Shown: positions 11,180-22,301, counted from the whole stretch's first letter. The stretch is 63,096 nt of DNA, filler included, from Trichomonas gallinae (GCA_008369845.1; 4 parts of 4 records of this genome joined end to end with filler, not necessarily neighbours in it); one strand, 5' to 3'. Made by a program: numbers and translations. Notes: generated by a model from the sequence alone, not told the origin.

Positions 11180-12805
11180 CTAATCAGACGACGCAATGAT
11201 TTTACTGGTTATATCATAAAACAGCGCGAGTCTGTCAGCAGGAACAGTACAAACAAATGAATCGAACGAATCAGTGTTGATTCCGGTGTTGGCGGCAGCT
11301 GCAGCCTCCTTGAAGACCATGCCGAAAGGCGTCTGCTTGGCATCGCCGAACTCGAAGGACGGAGAAACAGCGACAACTAAAAATTTGTCGCCCTCATCAT
11401 CCAGGAATGATAATATTATCGGGATCTGGCCTCCATCCTTCAGAACAGTGTCTAATGCCTGGAGGAGGAACTGGCCCAGCTCCACAACAGTCTGCGGCTC
11501 CCTCTTGAAGCAGGATTCCGGACAATCTCGAACAGTAACAGTCCAGAACTTTCCCGCGTTAATAATCATAACATTCCTGCGACTCAGTAGCTCCATGCCG
11601 TATTTCACGATAATCTGGGCGCGCTTCTTCGCGCTCTCCATAGAGTTGTGGCGTAGCTCCGGGTTATTGAGGAATCTCATGCCAGAAAACGCGTCGAGCA
11701 TTTTCGGCAAATTTTGTTCTGTCGCGGTGCAAAGCTGGGCTCTGAGGGCCAGAACTATGTCTGCTGCTGATAATTCTGTCTCGTAGCCCCTGCGCAGTGT
11801 GAAACTTGGGAATGTGAAGCCTGCAAGGTTGAATTGATCAATATGTCGATCAAATCTTTCGACAATTGTATCTTTAACATCACTGTCCATGACAATGAAT
11901 GTCTTTCTAGCTTGTTTAAGCATGATTCCGGTCGTTGCAAGCAAGTGTTGAAGGTGATCTTGACCGTATTCCGTCCACAGCCTCATTCGAGAAGCTATGA
12001 ACGTACTGGCATGCAGAGATGCCTCTAATGTCCACTGTCTAAGCAATGGACAGCGTAATTCTGTTGATGATGAAATCGCAAATTCTTGAAAAACAGGAAC
12101 TTGGATCTGTGTGTCTGGTCTAATCATTTCGTCATCATTATCATCGTGTATTACTGTAAATGGTTTTCCGTTTGAGAGTCTAGAAACTTCGTTTGATATT
12201 ACTTCGAGCAAAAGCTCGTATCTCTGATTATCTATATGTCCTAATATAAAGTGCTCTGTTAAGCCGAGAATTGCAAACCACAAAATTTGTGAATTCGCAA
12301 GACCATTCTCAGTGGCCAATGCATAACATTGAACAGAAGCAGGATCTGCGAAAGATTCGTCAAGCATGACTTCCTCTTCCGACAAACTAGTATCAATCTG
12401 ATTAGAAACGTCAAAAACCCAAACGTTTTCATTTCGAGAATCTGAATTATGAGGATGAATTGGTCTGTGACTTTCGATAATGTATGCTTTTGTCTCAGCA
12501 TTGAATGCATTTTCGTAACGCGCGAGTAAACTAACGGCTCCGGCGCAATTTATAAAAAAAACGGAAGGCGGTAAAGTGCCTTCATTAATATGTGTGTTGA
12601 TAATGTTATCTAGATCTTCGTATCCGCGAACAAATGAAAATTGTGCTAATATATCATCTCTTTTAAACAAATCAAACAAAATAGACTTCGCAGCGATGGA
12701 ATCCACTGTATACGGGACAAAAACGAGTACAGAAAGGGTTCCACCCATCGAAGCTCTCATGATCTGCTCATATATTGTCCGGAGATCCCTGGACAAGATG
12801 ATCAT
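11180..12805 (-). CDS. CDC45: DNA replication initiation factor CDC45
   Basis: Motifs VDSIAAKSIL, FINCAG, ESHRP, AILGLT, PLLRQWTLEASL and RMRLWTEYG. Confidence 0.9.
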   Translation of the reverse strand: MIILSRDLRTIYEQIMRASMGGTLSVLVFVPYTVDSIAAKSILFDLFKRDDILAQFSFVRGYEDLDNIINTHINEGTLPPSVFFINCAGAVSLLARYENAFNAETKAYIIESHRPIHPHNSDSRNENVWVFDVSNQIDTSLSEEEVMLDESFADPASVQCYALATENGLANSQILWFAILGLTEHFILGHIDNQRYELLLEVISNEVSRLSNGKPFTVIHDDNDDEMIRPDTQIQVPVFQEFAISSSTELRCPLLRQWTLEASLHASTFIASRMRLWTEYGQDHLQHLLATTGIMLKQARKTFIVMDSDVKDTIVERFDRHIDQFNLAGFTFPSFTLRRGYETELSAADIVLALRAQLCTATEQNLPKMLDAFSGMRFLNNPELRHNSMESAKKRAQIIVKYGMELLSRRNVMIINAGKFWTVTVRDCPESCFKREPQTVVELGQFLLQALDTVLKDGGQIPIILSFLDDEGDKFLVVAVSPSFEFGDAKQTPFGMVFKEAAAAANTGINTDSFDSFVCTVPADRLALFYDITSKIIASSD

Positions 12806-13468
12806 GAAAAATTGCTTCCACTTTTTCGCGCCAAAAACAAAAAAGTGACGACTTCAATTTTTCTTTTCCTTTTAACATGATTTATAGCATTTTTATGATG
12901 CAACAAGCACAAAATCATCAAAATCGTGGATTTTTATCAAAAATAATTTTGGCGCAAATCTTAAATATTGGTTTTTATCACAAATCTTTTATATATTTAA
13001 TTAACATACAGTTAGAATAATAGGTTTTTGCATTCCTGTTTCATATTTTTTTCAAAAATATTTTCCAAAATTTTCTCGTCAACATGTACAATAATCATTA
13101 GTAGTAATGGATTATACATTCGATAAACTATCAAACCTGTGTAGAGCAATGTGTTAATACTGCTTTTAATTCACTAATTTCAATTCTATTTCGTGAAATT
13201 TCCTAATATTTCTTGTAAAAAATCATATTGTAATAATATTTGGCTCAAGCTCTATCATTATTTAACATAGATTTGTTAAGAGGAGTGACTTTGTAGGAGT
13301 CATTAGATAATATGTGAACGTTTAAAAATATTTTGAAAAGTGACATAAAAATTGAGAAAAGAAAAATTCGTTATTTTCAAAACATGTACATTATTACATA
13401 TCATGGTATTTTTGATAAAATAAATTTTGAAATGAAAACGATTATTTTTGGACACATGAAAAGTGACA

Positions 13469-13690
13469 TAATGGCTGAAGAGAATTCGGTGAGGGTTACA
13501 TACTGAATAGCTTGTCTATTCTTCATCCCTCGGGAAAGTCCCCAGACAGTCGCATAAAGTGCAGGCCGTGATGGCGACCAATGACTTTCGCTGGGTTTAA
13601 CAACCCTGTCGTTGTGCATGTCTGCTCGTAGAGTTATCGAATTGGGTTTTTCGGAATCTACCTCAATGGGGCTCACTCCTTAAGCCATTA
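13469..13690 (+). ncRNA. RNase MRP RNA
   Basis: CR-I GGGAAAGTCCCC (13532-13543) and CR-V AATGGGGCTCA (13665-13675) form P4. P1 is TAATGGCT/AGCCATTA, P2 is AATTCGGT/ATCGAATT, P3 is GAGGG..GAATAG/CTATTC..CCCTC. CR-IV-like AGAGTTAT is present and a T7 run follows. Confidence 0.9.
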
Positions 13691-14573
13691 TCACTTTTTT
13701 TATTTCCAATAATTTAGAGGCCTATAGCAAAATCTTGAGAAATTTACTGTGAAACCTATCTATATCTTACCTTCAATGAGACTTTTTTTTTGAAAATTTG
13801 CAAATTATATGGTGATGAAAGATCTGTGAACTTTTATGCACATTTTATTCATGTAATCTGTATCTATGATGTTTGCTGCTACTATACAAAATAGTATTTA
13901 AATAATATAATGAGATGAATGGATATTACTCAAGATAGATCTTTGGGAATGAGTATTCTACATGTTTATATGAAATTTTGAATTTGCTATTAAAAAAAAA
14001 TTGAAATTTTGATATCAAAAATTTGTTGTGAACGCAAATTCATTCTTCTCTTCGAAAAAATAATATTCTCAAGAATTATGTTTGGTATCTAATGTTTTAT
14101 TTTTTGCAAAAAATCAATATTTTCAATAAATCATTTGATTTTAAGATAAAAATGTATAATATTTTATGGATTATTTCAAATCTTCAAAAATCTCAATGAT
14201 GATGTATTCGATATAACAACACGAGATATGCAAAATTTCAAAGTCATTTCATGAAATAATAAAATTCATAATTTGATATCTATTCTAAAAACTTAAGCTT
14301 CCGTCACTATTCACTTAAAAACTTAGAAATTAATAGAATTTTAACCAAATTTGAGATGATGAAATTTTTTCTTGATAGATTCAATTTTTGAGCTTATTCA
14401 TAAAGGATCTTATATTAAAATGATGTTAAAACGATAATGTTGTATACATGAATGATTATAACTGAAATATTTAATATTCTCTATTCAATGCTTATGATAT
14501 TCTTTGACAAAAGCAGTGAGAAATGATAGATTTTTAAGAAACTACTTTGCTAATTGTTTCTCATTATATATGT

Positions 14574-15509
14574 TCAATATTGCTTTTCATGCCTATTGAA
14601 AAATGCTCTTCCTGCCATAAAAACAGCGACAGGGACGAGGATAAGTAAAACAGCATAACCTAATGCGAGCGTTTGAGACAATGGTTGGCCATATCTAATT
14701 GGCTGAATTGGTGGAAGAGACATTGTCTTAAATTTCTTAGCAAGGGAGTAGCTGGCACTAGCGAGGATCTTAGGAGCAATTTCACGGCACTTGCTAACAT
14801 ATTCATCAGATAATTCCCTATTTAACTCAACACCTTCATATACTGACCTAATTGCTGTATCAAGGGACTGATTCAAAGCATCCTGAATTGTATTCAAACG
14901 TGGAGCATTGCCATGGGCCTTGGAAATTTCATATGTGAACTTATCGATTTCTTTCCATGCAGCATCATCGAATGGGTAGTGTTTATTCAATTGTCCACAG
15001 AGTGAACCCCAGAACTCGTGCAAATTTGTTTTCTCTCCTTTATATTTAACGATGAATTCCTTACCGTTGTTATCACCTTGCGGGAAGAGCGATGAAAAGT
15101 GGTTTGCAACATTTGTTGGGTCGAAAGCCTCTAAGAATAATCCGAAGTATATTTTATATGAGAGTATTGTTGTCCATACTCCAGTAATTGTCTGTGGGAA
15201 CAGTCCTTTCTCCATTGTTGATAGAGTAGACTGCAAATCTTCAGTTGTGTAGTTGGACGCTCCTGTTCCAATGCCTATCTTGGTAGTTCTCCAATGATTA
15301 AAGCATTTAGTGTTGTAAGGGGCACGCTCAACGAAGTCAATCCATGATCCAAACAACGAATATCTGTCGAATTTTTCATCACTTAAGCCAGAAACTTTAC
15401 TTATTAAATTGCGACCATCATCTCCAGTTCCCCTGAAGAATACCTCCATCGCTATTGTCAATGCTTCGTCATTCCAAGATAGTGATCTCGAAAAAAACAG
15501 CGAGAGCAT
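14574..15509 (-). CDS. S1/P1 (class I) nuclease-like membrane protein with degenerate active site
   Basis: Signal peptide followed by W. Motifs SWIDF, NHW, GDNNG and NLHEFWGS. C-terminal TM helix. Confidence 0.8.
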   Translation of the reverse strand: MLSLFFSRSLSWNDEALTIAMEVFFRGTGDDGRNLISKVSGLSDEKFDRYSLFGSWIDFVERAPYNTKCFNHWRTTKIGIGTGASNYTTEDLQSTLSTMEKGLFPQTITGVWTTILSYKIYFGLFLEAFDPTNVANHFSSLFPQGDNNGKEFIVKYKGEKTNLHEFWGSLCGQLNKHYPFDDAAWKEIDKFTYEISKAHGNAPRLNTIQDALNQSLDTAIRSVYEGVELNRELSDEYVSKCREIAPKILASASYSLAKKFKTMSLPPIQPIRYGQPLSQTLALGYAVLLILVPVAVFMAGRAFFNRHEKQY

Positions 15510-16455
15510 TTTTTACTAATGAAGGGGATGACACCATCACAAACTTATCAAAATATAATCACAATTCAATTGGAAAAAAAAATAGATTCAGAATTTTGGG
15601 GATAACACTTAACCTTATTTATTTCCCACATCATTATTTTTGTCTTTACGGCATAATGATTATAATCACTATAGTTTCACTTTTTACTAATATTTTTAGT
15701 GCTAAAACCCAACAGAAATGTCTTTTTTCTTGAGAACAAGATGAATTTGTATAATATCATACCATATTATACCACACAATGCAATTATACACCTTTTCAG
15801 CAATGAACTCGAGTTTCAACATGAATTTTAGTATGGATTCAATCAATGGTTTTGATTATTTAGGACAAAATACATACAACACATTGGGTATAGCATATAA
15901 ATGTAGATCAAAATGGATTGATAGTTTTAATTTCTATGTAAGATGAATATCTTTAAGAGATCACAATCTGAGAATCTTGAACCCAATGTTTATAATGGAT
16001 TAATGAATGAGTATTGTTTTTATATGTATTTTATATAAATATATTTAAGTATGCCCATGGTTTTTATTGTGTTTTGTTGTTGAATTTGAGATTTCAAATC
16101 TTAAATCTATTGCAATTAAATGTTATTTAAAAGTAATATGATTATATATTCGGTACTTATGCATAATCATAAAACTATATTACTCATTTATTATTTTATC
16201 TTGCAAATTGAATATTCCGAGTAAATAATCGAATAATTCTGCGGCTACAAAGGATAGTTATTATTAAATAGCTTTATTGATACATGTTTGAACAGATTAA
16301 AGCCTGAATAAACAACTTTTTTAGCGAATTTGAAAATTATAAAAATTGTAACTGTTAAATTACCGGTTATCTTGATAAAATAAATTGAAGAATTAGAAAA
16401 AATTCGATTTATTAGTTGCATAACTTCTAAAAGATAAAAAAAAGCTTGGAAAAGT

Positions 16456-17628
16456 TTATGCGTTGTTGCCCCACTTAGCAATGATGCGCTCTGGGCCAAT
16501 TTCAGCATAATCTTGCTTTGTAGCCCAGGAAGCAGCCTTATCCTTGGTGAGATTGGCAAGAATTGTAGCACCGAGGTAAACGAGGTAACGTCTGTTTGGT
16601 GGGTCTTCGACGTTGATCTTGTATGACTGAAGGGATTCCTTCTTGTTGCCAAGGACCTTGGTAAGAACATTCTTCTCGAGATCGTTCTGAAGACGCTCGG
16701 AAAGACCTGGGAACATTGTTGTACCACCAGAGACGACGACGGCTTCGAATAAGCTACGGCGGAGGTTGATATCAGCCTTCATGATTGTGTCGAAGAGGAG
16801 ATCAGAGAGACCCTTGCACTCAAGACCGATGAGATCTGGCTGGAAGAGAATTTCTGGAGCCTCGAAACGCTCACCAGAAACCTTGACGATACGGCCATCT
16901 GGAAGCTTGTATGGGACGACATATGTTGTTGTTTCGCTGGCGATTTTACGATCGACCTCAATATCAGCGGAGATGAAGCAGAGGCTTTCCTTGATCTCAC
17001 GAACGATATCGAAGTCAGATGTCTTGTGGAATGTGTAACCACGGAGTGTGAGGAGTTTGACGAGCTGCTCTGTGACATCACGGCCGGAGATATCCATACG
17101 GCCTGTGAGGTGGGAGAGAATGTAGTTCTCAGCGATTGGCATGATATGAGTGACACCATCACCGGAGTCAACGACAACACCAGTCATGAGACCCTGAGCG
17201 TAGAGAACGAGAAGGGCCTGTGGGCAAACCTGAAGCTTCGGGAAGTTGAATTTCTCCATGAAAATCTCGAGCATCTTCTTACGGTTCTCTGTTGGGTTAA
17301 GTGGAGCCTCTGTGATGAGGATTGGGTGGTCTTCGTTGCGGATTTTCAGTTTCTCTTTGAAAACGTAGTCGAGAACTAAAGCTTCATCTTCCCAGTTCTT
17401 GACAACGCCGTGGACGACTGGGAGTGTAAGGTCGAGGTACTGGCGGACAGAGTATGTTTCATCTGCGACCATAATATCCTTCAGCTTAGCCTTTGAGAAT
17501 GATTCATCTGAGCGAAGGATTGGGCGGCCGACTGTGTTCTGGAGGACGAAGTCTGGGATCTGACGTGAAGAAAGACCGACTTTGAGGTAACCTGTACCAA
17601 GATCGAGGACAACTGGGGTATCAGACAT
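16456..17628 (-). CDS. ARP2: Actin-related protein 2
   Basis: Motifs VGRPILRS, ILITEAPLNP, LVLYAQGLMTGVVVDSGDGVTHI, LRGYTF and VEDPPNRRYLV. Start MSDTPVV at 17628. Confidence 0.93.
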   Translation of the reverse strand: MSDTPVVLDLGTGYLKVGLSSRQIPDFVLQNTVGRPILRSDESFSKAKLKDIMVADETYSVRQYLDLTLPVVHGVVKNWEDEALVLDYVFKEKLKIRNEDHPILITEAPLNPTENRKKMLEIFMEKFNFPKLQVCPQALLVLYAQGLMTGVVVDSGDGVTHIMPIAENYILSHLTGRMDISGRDVTEQLVKLLTLRGYTFHKTSDFDIVREIKESLCFISADIEVDRKIASETTTYVVPYKLPDGRIVKVSGERFEAPEILFQPDLIGLECKGLSDLLFDTIMKADINLRRSLFEAVVVSGGTTMFPGLSERLQNDLEKNVLTKVLGNKKESLQSYKINVEDPPNRRYLVYLGATILANLTKDKAASWATKQDYAEIGPERIIAKWGNNA

Positions 17629-17642
17629 TCTGAATTGGACAA

Positions 17643-17650
17643 AAACCGCT
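17643..17650 (-). promoter_or_regulatory. M3 core promoter element of ARP2
   Basis: AGCGGTTT matches DRCSGYTD exactly, about 15 nt upstream of the ATG. Confidence 0.55.
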
Positions 17651-18350
17651 TGACACACTTCGATAAACTTTTTTATCCCGAAATCGCCGTTTTTCCGCCT
17701 TTCTTCGCTGAACATCGATATATGTTCATATCAAAGTTTTATTCTACGCACATATTTTTTGGAAATTCGCTTAATAATCATGTAATATATATTAATATCA
17801 TAGGGAAATAACCTCACTTTTAATACTCAATAGCATCTATCACAACAATCTATAACATATATTTCATCAAATAGGCTCTAAATCAACTATTTATCTAATT
17901 TATATCAAAATTTGATTTAAATCACAATATTTCTGAATTTCTAATGGCTGAAATTCTAGATAATGAATAATGCATTGTAAATCTTGAAAATCTTAAGATT
18001 CGATTTTTTTTTCAAATCAATAGTAACTTCACTTACACATATTAAATATTATAGTTTTTGTCATATTTATAAAATTTCATCTTCTAAATCAGATTTGTTC
18101 AACTTTATTGAATTTTCTTTTTCGAATAACGATTGTTAGCCAATTTATACTATTATATAGATATAGCACAGATAACATATATTAAATCCATAATGTAATA
18201 AGCTAAAACAATTATAAATAAAGTCAATTTATAAATAACAACAAAATCTATAATACTTAAAGCTAAAGAAGCTGAATTTTCTGATTGGTATAATTCAATA
18301 TATCCCATTTTTGATCTCTTTCACAGAGGTTATGCGATTAGATAAATTAA

Positions 18351-19775
18351 TTATTTTGCTTTTTCTGCAGCAATAAATTTGAGGGAGGAAATAGTTACAG
18401 GATCAGGACTTCCAGCTAATGTCAACCTTGTTATAACATCTTCATAGAACTCAGATTCATAGTGCATTTGATAGCCAAGATAAGTTAGCCATGTCATGCA
18501 CCCACTCTTAACTGTCTGAGGTTTGGCGAATTTTATTAATACTAGTGTTCGTAATATTGCTTTTTCATTAGGAAATCTTCTTCGCGCTTGTTCAAGCTGT
18601 TGAATTGCGCCTCTTTCATCACCAGAAATGTATTTTAAGATTGCCTGATTTGCAAGACCATCAGGCGTTTCTAATCCTAGAATTAATTGTTCACATTCTA
18701 AATAATTTCTCGAAAGGAACAAAGTATGAGCAATAACTGCTCTTGTTAAGTCATCAGTTGGATTGACAGTATCTAATATGGATTTTGCAGTTTCATAATC
18801 AAAAATTAAATTTAATGCATGAGCAAATTCAATGACAAACGATGGTGATGGGAGACCCACACCTAAAGATTTGCATTCATCCATAATATATTGATATCTG
18901 TCTACAGCTGAATGCGCATCTCCACTTTGAAGTGATAACTTTGCGAGTTTATACAATGTGCCTATTGAACCACGCTTCCTTATACCAATTTCGAGGCGCG
19001 CATATATCTGAAGCAGTGATGTCTGCTCATCATACTTCTGTAAGGCTCCGCAAACTTCCGCAGCATTAAATATCGCAGCTGCTGAAAGTTCTGAAGATGC
19101 TCTCATTGCCTGCGTGAAATACTCCATTGCTTGCTTTATATTTTTCAGCTTGTAAACACAGATTCCCGCGCCAATTAAAGAATCAGAAATTCTAAATTTT
19201 TTGTTAATTGACTCTTGGAAAGATTTCAAAGCATCTTTGATATGTCCCATGGATAAGTAACAGCATCCTGCAATGTAGCTTGAGCATTTATCTGCTCTAT
19301 CCAAGTATTGAAGACAATTTTTGTAATCTTCATTAACAAATGAGTTCCATAGCTTGACAAACGAAGAATGTCTATCGTTAATTCTATAATCTTTGAATTG
19401 AAGGCATAATGAATCATATAATTTTTCACTTTCGAGTGTAACATCATTTTGGTAAGCGATTTCGACAAATTTGAATGCAAGTTCGGCATTTTTGCGTGAG
19501 GCATAGTAAAGTGTTACATTTTTAGTGAAAAGATAAATTGATCTTTTTCTTGTTATTTCGTCAGGGATTCCAGATAAGAGACTTATCATAGAATCGACAT
19601 CTTTTTCTGGAATTTCTTCATTTGAGCTTAAATATTTAGCAATAAAATTATTTGCTTTTAATATTGTTTTGTGAGTGAATTCTTGTTGATTTTCTATCAT
19701 TTGTTCAAAAATTTGCGATGATTTTTCATATTGGCCACTGTCAAAAGCCAGCCTGGCCTGAGAAAAATTATTCAT
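18351..19775 (-). CDS. TPR-repeat protein
   Basis: TPR-like helices (YIAGCCYLSMGHIKDALKSFQES; GICVYKLKNIKQAMEYFTQA). Inr TCATTTT lies upstream of ATG 19775. Confidence 0.85.
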   Translation of the reverse strand: MNNFSQARLAFDSGQYEKSSQIFEQMIENQQEFTHKTILKANNFIAKYLSSNEEIPEKDVDSMISLLSGIPDEITRKRSIYLFTKNVTLYYASRKNAELAFKFVEIAYQNDVTLESEKLYDSLCLQFKDYRINDRHSSFVKLWNSFVNEDYKNCLQYLDRADKCSSYIAGCCYLSMGHIKDALKSFQESINKKFRISDSLIGAGICVYKLKNIKQAMEYFTQAMRASSELSAAAIFNAAEVCGALQKYDEQTSLLQIYARLEIGIRKRGSIGTLYKLAKLSLQSGDAHSAVDRYQYIMDECKSLGVGLPSPSFVIEFAHALNLIFDYETAKSILDTVNPTDDLTRAVIAHTLFLSRNYLECEQLILGLETPDGLANQAILKYISGDERGAIQQLEQARRRFPNEKAILRTLVLIKFAKPQTVKSGCMTWLTYLGYQMHYESEFYEDVITRLTLAGSPDPVTISSLKFIAAEKAK

Positions 19776-19914
19776 CGAAATAACAAGTAATAGAAAATGA
19801 AAAATTTTTAATTCAAACAAAAATTTACCAAACGAGTTCTTTAAATCCATCATTTTTTCTTGGATCTAAATTTAACCTTATTATTAAAGTCACTTTTTAA
19901 CATTTTTTTGACAA

Positions 19915-20061
19915 ATAGGGCAGTATTCAATTTTGGGACATGAAGAATCTCTTCACGAGCAACTCCATAACGAGTCCTTATTTTGCTTATCTGAGTGACG
20001 GATTTTCTCTTTACCTGATGCTGATTCATCCCCTACCAAGCAGTCTCCGTAGCTGCTCTAT
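19915..20061 (+). ncRNA. Candidate structured small RNA (unassigned)
   Basis: Island of ~44% GC in very AT-rich intergenic DNA. A 10-bp terminal stem ATAGGGCAGT/GCTGCTCTAT includes G-U pairs, and there are internal hairpins. Confidence 0.35.
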
Positions 20062-20112
20062 GCAGTGAAAAAGATACTAAAAAGTGATATTATAAATAAG
20101 GTTATATCTTCA

Positions 20113-20237
20113 GTCGACACTTTTTATACATGTCAGTTTTATTGACACTTTTCATATTTGTCAGTTTTGTTTGACACTTTTCAAATTTGTCAGTTTTATC
20201 GACACTTTTATACATGTCAGTTTTGTTGACACTTTTC
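20113..20237 (+). repeat. Tandem array of ~28-bp units (GACACTTTT-N6-TGTCAGTTTT-N3), ~4.5 copies
   Basis: GACACTTTT recurs at 20116, 20144, 20173, 20201 and 20228, directly upstream of ATG 20243. Confidence 0.9.
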
Positions 20238-20242
20238 TAAAA

Positions 20243-22159
20243 ATGAGTGTTGACGCTGATTCAATTATTCTCAATCAGCTTTCCATCCTTGGCTACAAGC
20301 AGGTTGGATCTATTCAGAGCCTCGAGAAAATCCCAACAGATAAATTAATCGACGTTATCAGGTTCCTTTTCGGCAAATTCCCAGATATCGGAAAGACACC
20401 AGCTCCACCAAAGAGCAGCGCTATCCTCTACAAGTATGCGACAGACATGATCGAAAAAATCATTGCTAAGGGTTATCCGAACTCTTTGGGCTATGATGCC
20501 ATTTTATACCCACAAGTCGAAAAGACAAGAGCAATCATCTCATTCTTACTCGAAAAAGTTCCACGTTCGAATGCTGAAGTTTCCAAGTCTGTTGTCGCTG
20601 CTTCACCAAATGCCATCGCAATCAAGGCGGCACAGGACGAATTCAACGCATGCAAGACATTAAAGGTTCGCTCTTACGTCATTCAACCACTTAAGGAAAT
20701 CTCAAAACCAGCCAGCGTTGAAGATTCAAAGAAGATTGCTGAATTCTCAGTTATGCCAAAGCAGGCATTCGTTGCTGAACCACTCTTACCAAACTCCGGC
20801 ATCCCATTCAATGTTCAGCTCAAGAAGAACTCATTAGCATCACTTATCGCTCATAACGACCGTGATGTCGATATTGATCAGTTCGACTTCACACAGGAGA
20901 AGCCATCCACATCCAAGTTGTTCAACATTGCTTCCCGTGCTTTCCAGGCATCTGTCGCTACAATCGAATCTACACCAATCGTCAAGAAGCAACAGATTTT
21001 GCCATCAACAAAGGCTAGCTCTCGTATCGCAAACGTTGCCCGTTTCGAATACAACGCTAAGGATACAAAGATCGGTACATCTGCCGCATCTACACTTACA
21101 ACAGCTTCGGCCTCTGCCGCCGCCGCCGCAGCCGTCCATTCATCAGGCGTCGAGCGCAGTGCCAGCAAGGACAACATCAAGCTCGCTCCAGAGGATCAGG
21201 CAGCCGCTCCAGAAGCAGCTCCAGTCGTTCCAAAGCTTACTGTCAAGCAGGAGAACGTCATCAGAGAGGAACAGCGCCGCGAACTCGCCGAGCTCCGCGA
21301 CTTGATCACACGCACAGAAGCATCTGCCGCAGACATCGAGACAACAATTGACCAGAACCGCGAAGAAATCAAGAGCCTCACAGAGCTCCTCAACACAACA
21401 AAGGAGGAGAACGAGCGCCTCGCCGGCGAAGTCGAGAGAGCCTCCAAGATGGCTGAGATCGCTAAGAGCGACCCTACACAAATCAGGCAGCTCCAGAGAG
21501 AATTCGTCGACTCCATGGCATCGCTTTTGGAGATCGCCAAAGAATTCGAGCCAAAGCGCAAGGCACTCGTCAACGAGTACAGAAGTCTCGCAAGCGCTAT
21601 GAGAAGGCGCACAGATGACTACCAGCGTCAGATGAAGATGCTCGCCAAGACTAAGATGCAGATCCAGGAAGGTGAAACTAAGCTCGCTGCAGATACAGAA
21701 GCTATCACAAACTTGGAGAAAGCTATCGGCCAAAGAACGGACCAGAAGCCAAGAAGCCACTACATCGACAGCATCTTCCAGATCATCAAGACAATCGAGA
21801 AGCAGGAGCAGGACGTTGAAAAGATCAGAAACGATATCAGAACACAGCACACATCGATGAACAACACAATTGCCAAAGTCAAGAGAACGTGGATGTACAT
21901 CGACGAAATGGTCTACACAGAGGCCAAAGGACAAGGAGGTGAGTGGGCTAAGACAATGTACAAGACAATCGTCGAGCTCTTAGTCCTCTTTGAAGGCATC
22001 TCTGAAGGCATCGAAACATCTGGTAAAGTTTCCGCACAGATCATGGAACTCGATACAAAGATCGATCGTGCCGAGACGCAGATCGACAGGAACGCACTCG
22101 AAAAGATCGAGGAGGATCTCGCTGCTGTCAAGAGCGAAATCGCTGCTCGCTCCAAGTAA
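20243..22159 (+). CDS. CCDC22: Coiled-coil domain-containing protein 22 homolog (DUF812, CCC/Commander complex)
   Basis: N-terminal LGYDAILYP...ISFLLEKVP. C-terminal RSHYIDSIFQIIKTIEKQEQDVEKIRND. Long coiled coil. Confidence 0.85.
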   Translation: MSVDADSIILNQLSILGYKQVGSIQSLEKIPTDKLIDVIRFLFGKFPDIGKTPAPPKSSAILYKYATDMIEKIIAKGYPNSLGYDAILYPQVEKTRAIISFLLEKVPRSNAEVSKSVVAASPNAIAIKAAQDEFNACKTLKVRSYVIQPLKEISKPASVEDSKKIAEFSVMPKQAFVAEPLLPNSGIPFNVQLKKNSLASLIAHNDRDVDIDQFDFTQEKPSTSKLFNIASRAFQASVATIESTPIVKKQQILPSTKASSRIANVARFEYNAKDTKIGTSAASTLTTASASAAAAAAVHSSGVERSASKDNIKLAPEDQAAAPEAAPVVPKLTVKQENVIREEQRRELAELRDLITRTEASAADIETTIDQNREEIKSLTELLNTTKEENERLAGEVERASKMAEIAKSDPTQIRQLQREFVDSMASLLEIAKEFEPKRKALVNEYRSLASAMRRRTDDYQRQMKMLAKTKMQIQEGETKLAADTEAITNLEKAIGQRTDQKPRSHYIDSIFQIIKTIEKQEQDVEKIRNDIRTQHTSMNNTIAKVKRTWMYIDEMVYTEAKGQGGEWAKTMYKTIVELLVLFEGISEGIETSGKVSAQIMELDTKIDRAETQIDRNALEKIEEDLAAVKSEIAARSK

Positions 22160-22301
22160 AACTTTTATATTTACGTGGTTTAACTATAATCATTTTTGCT
22201 ATCTGGCATCATGAAGAAAGTAACAATTTTTGTTTTATAATCATAATGATATACCCAGATTTGCTATAGTTTGTAGTAGGCCTTATTGCAGTCGGTGAAT
22301 A

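Noticed and set aside
13401..13676. 91-aa minus-strand ORF
   Set aside because: It is an antisense shadow of the RNase MRP RNA, with a non-ATG start and no protein motif.
20113..20237. Regularly spaced palindromic repeats resembling a CRISPR array
   Set aside because: The units are contiguous with no unique spacers, there are no cas genes and the context is eukaryotic.
20463..22214. Many overlapping and antisense ORFs in CCDC22 (likewise in RPS9, ARP2, EB1 and the coiled-coil gene)
   Set aside because: They are by-products of codon bias in real genes.
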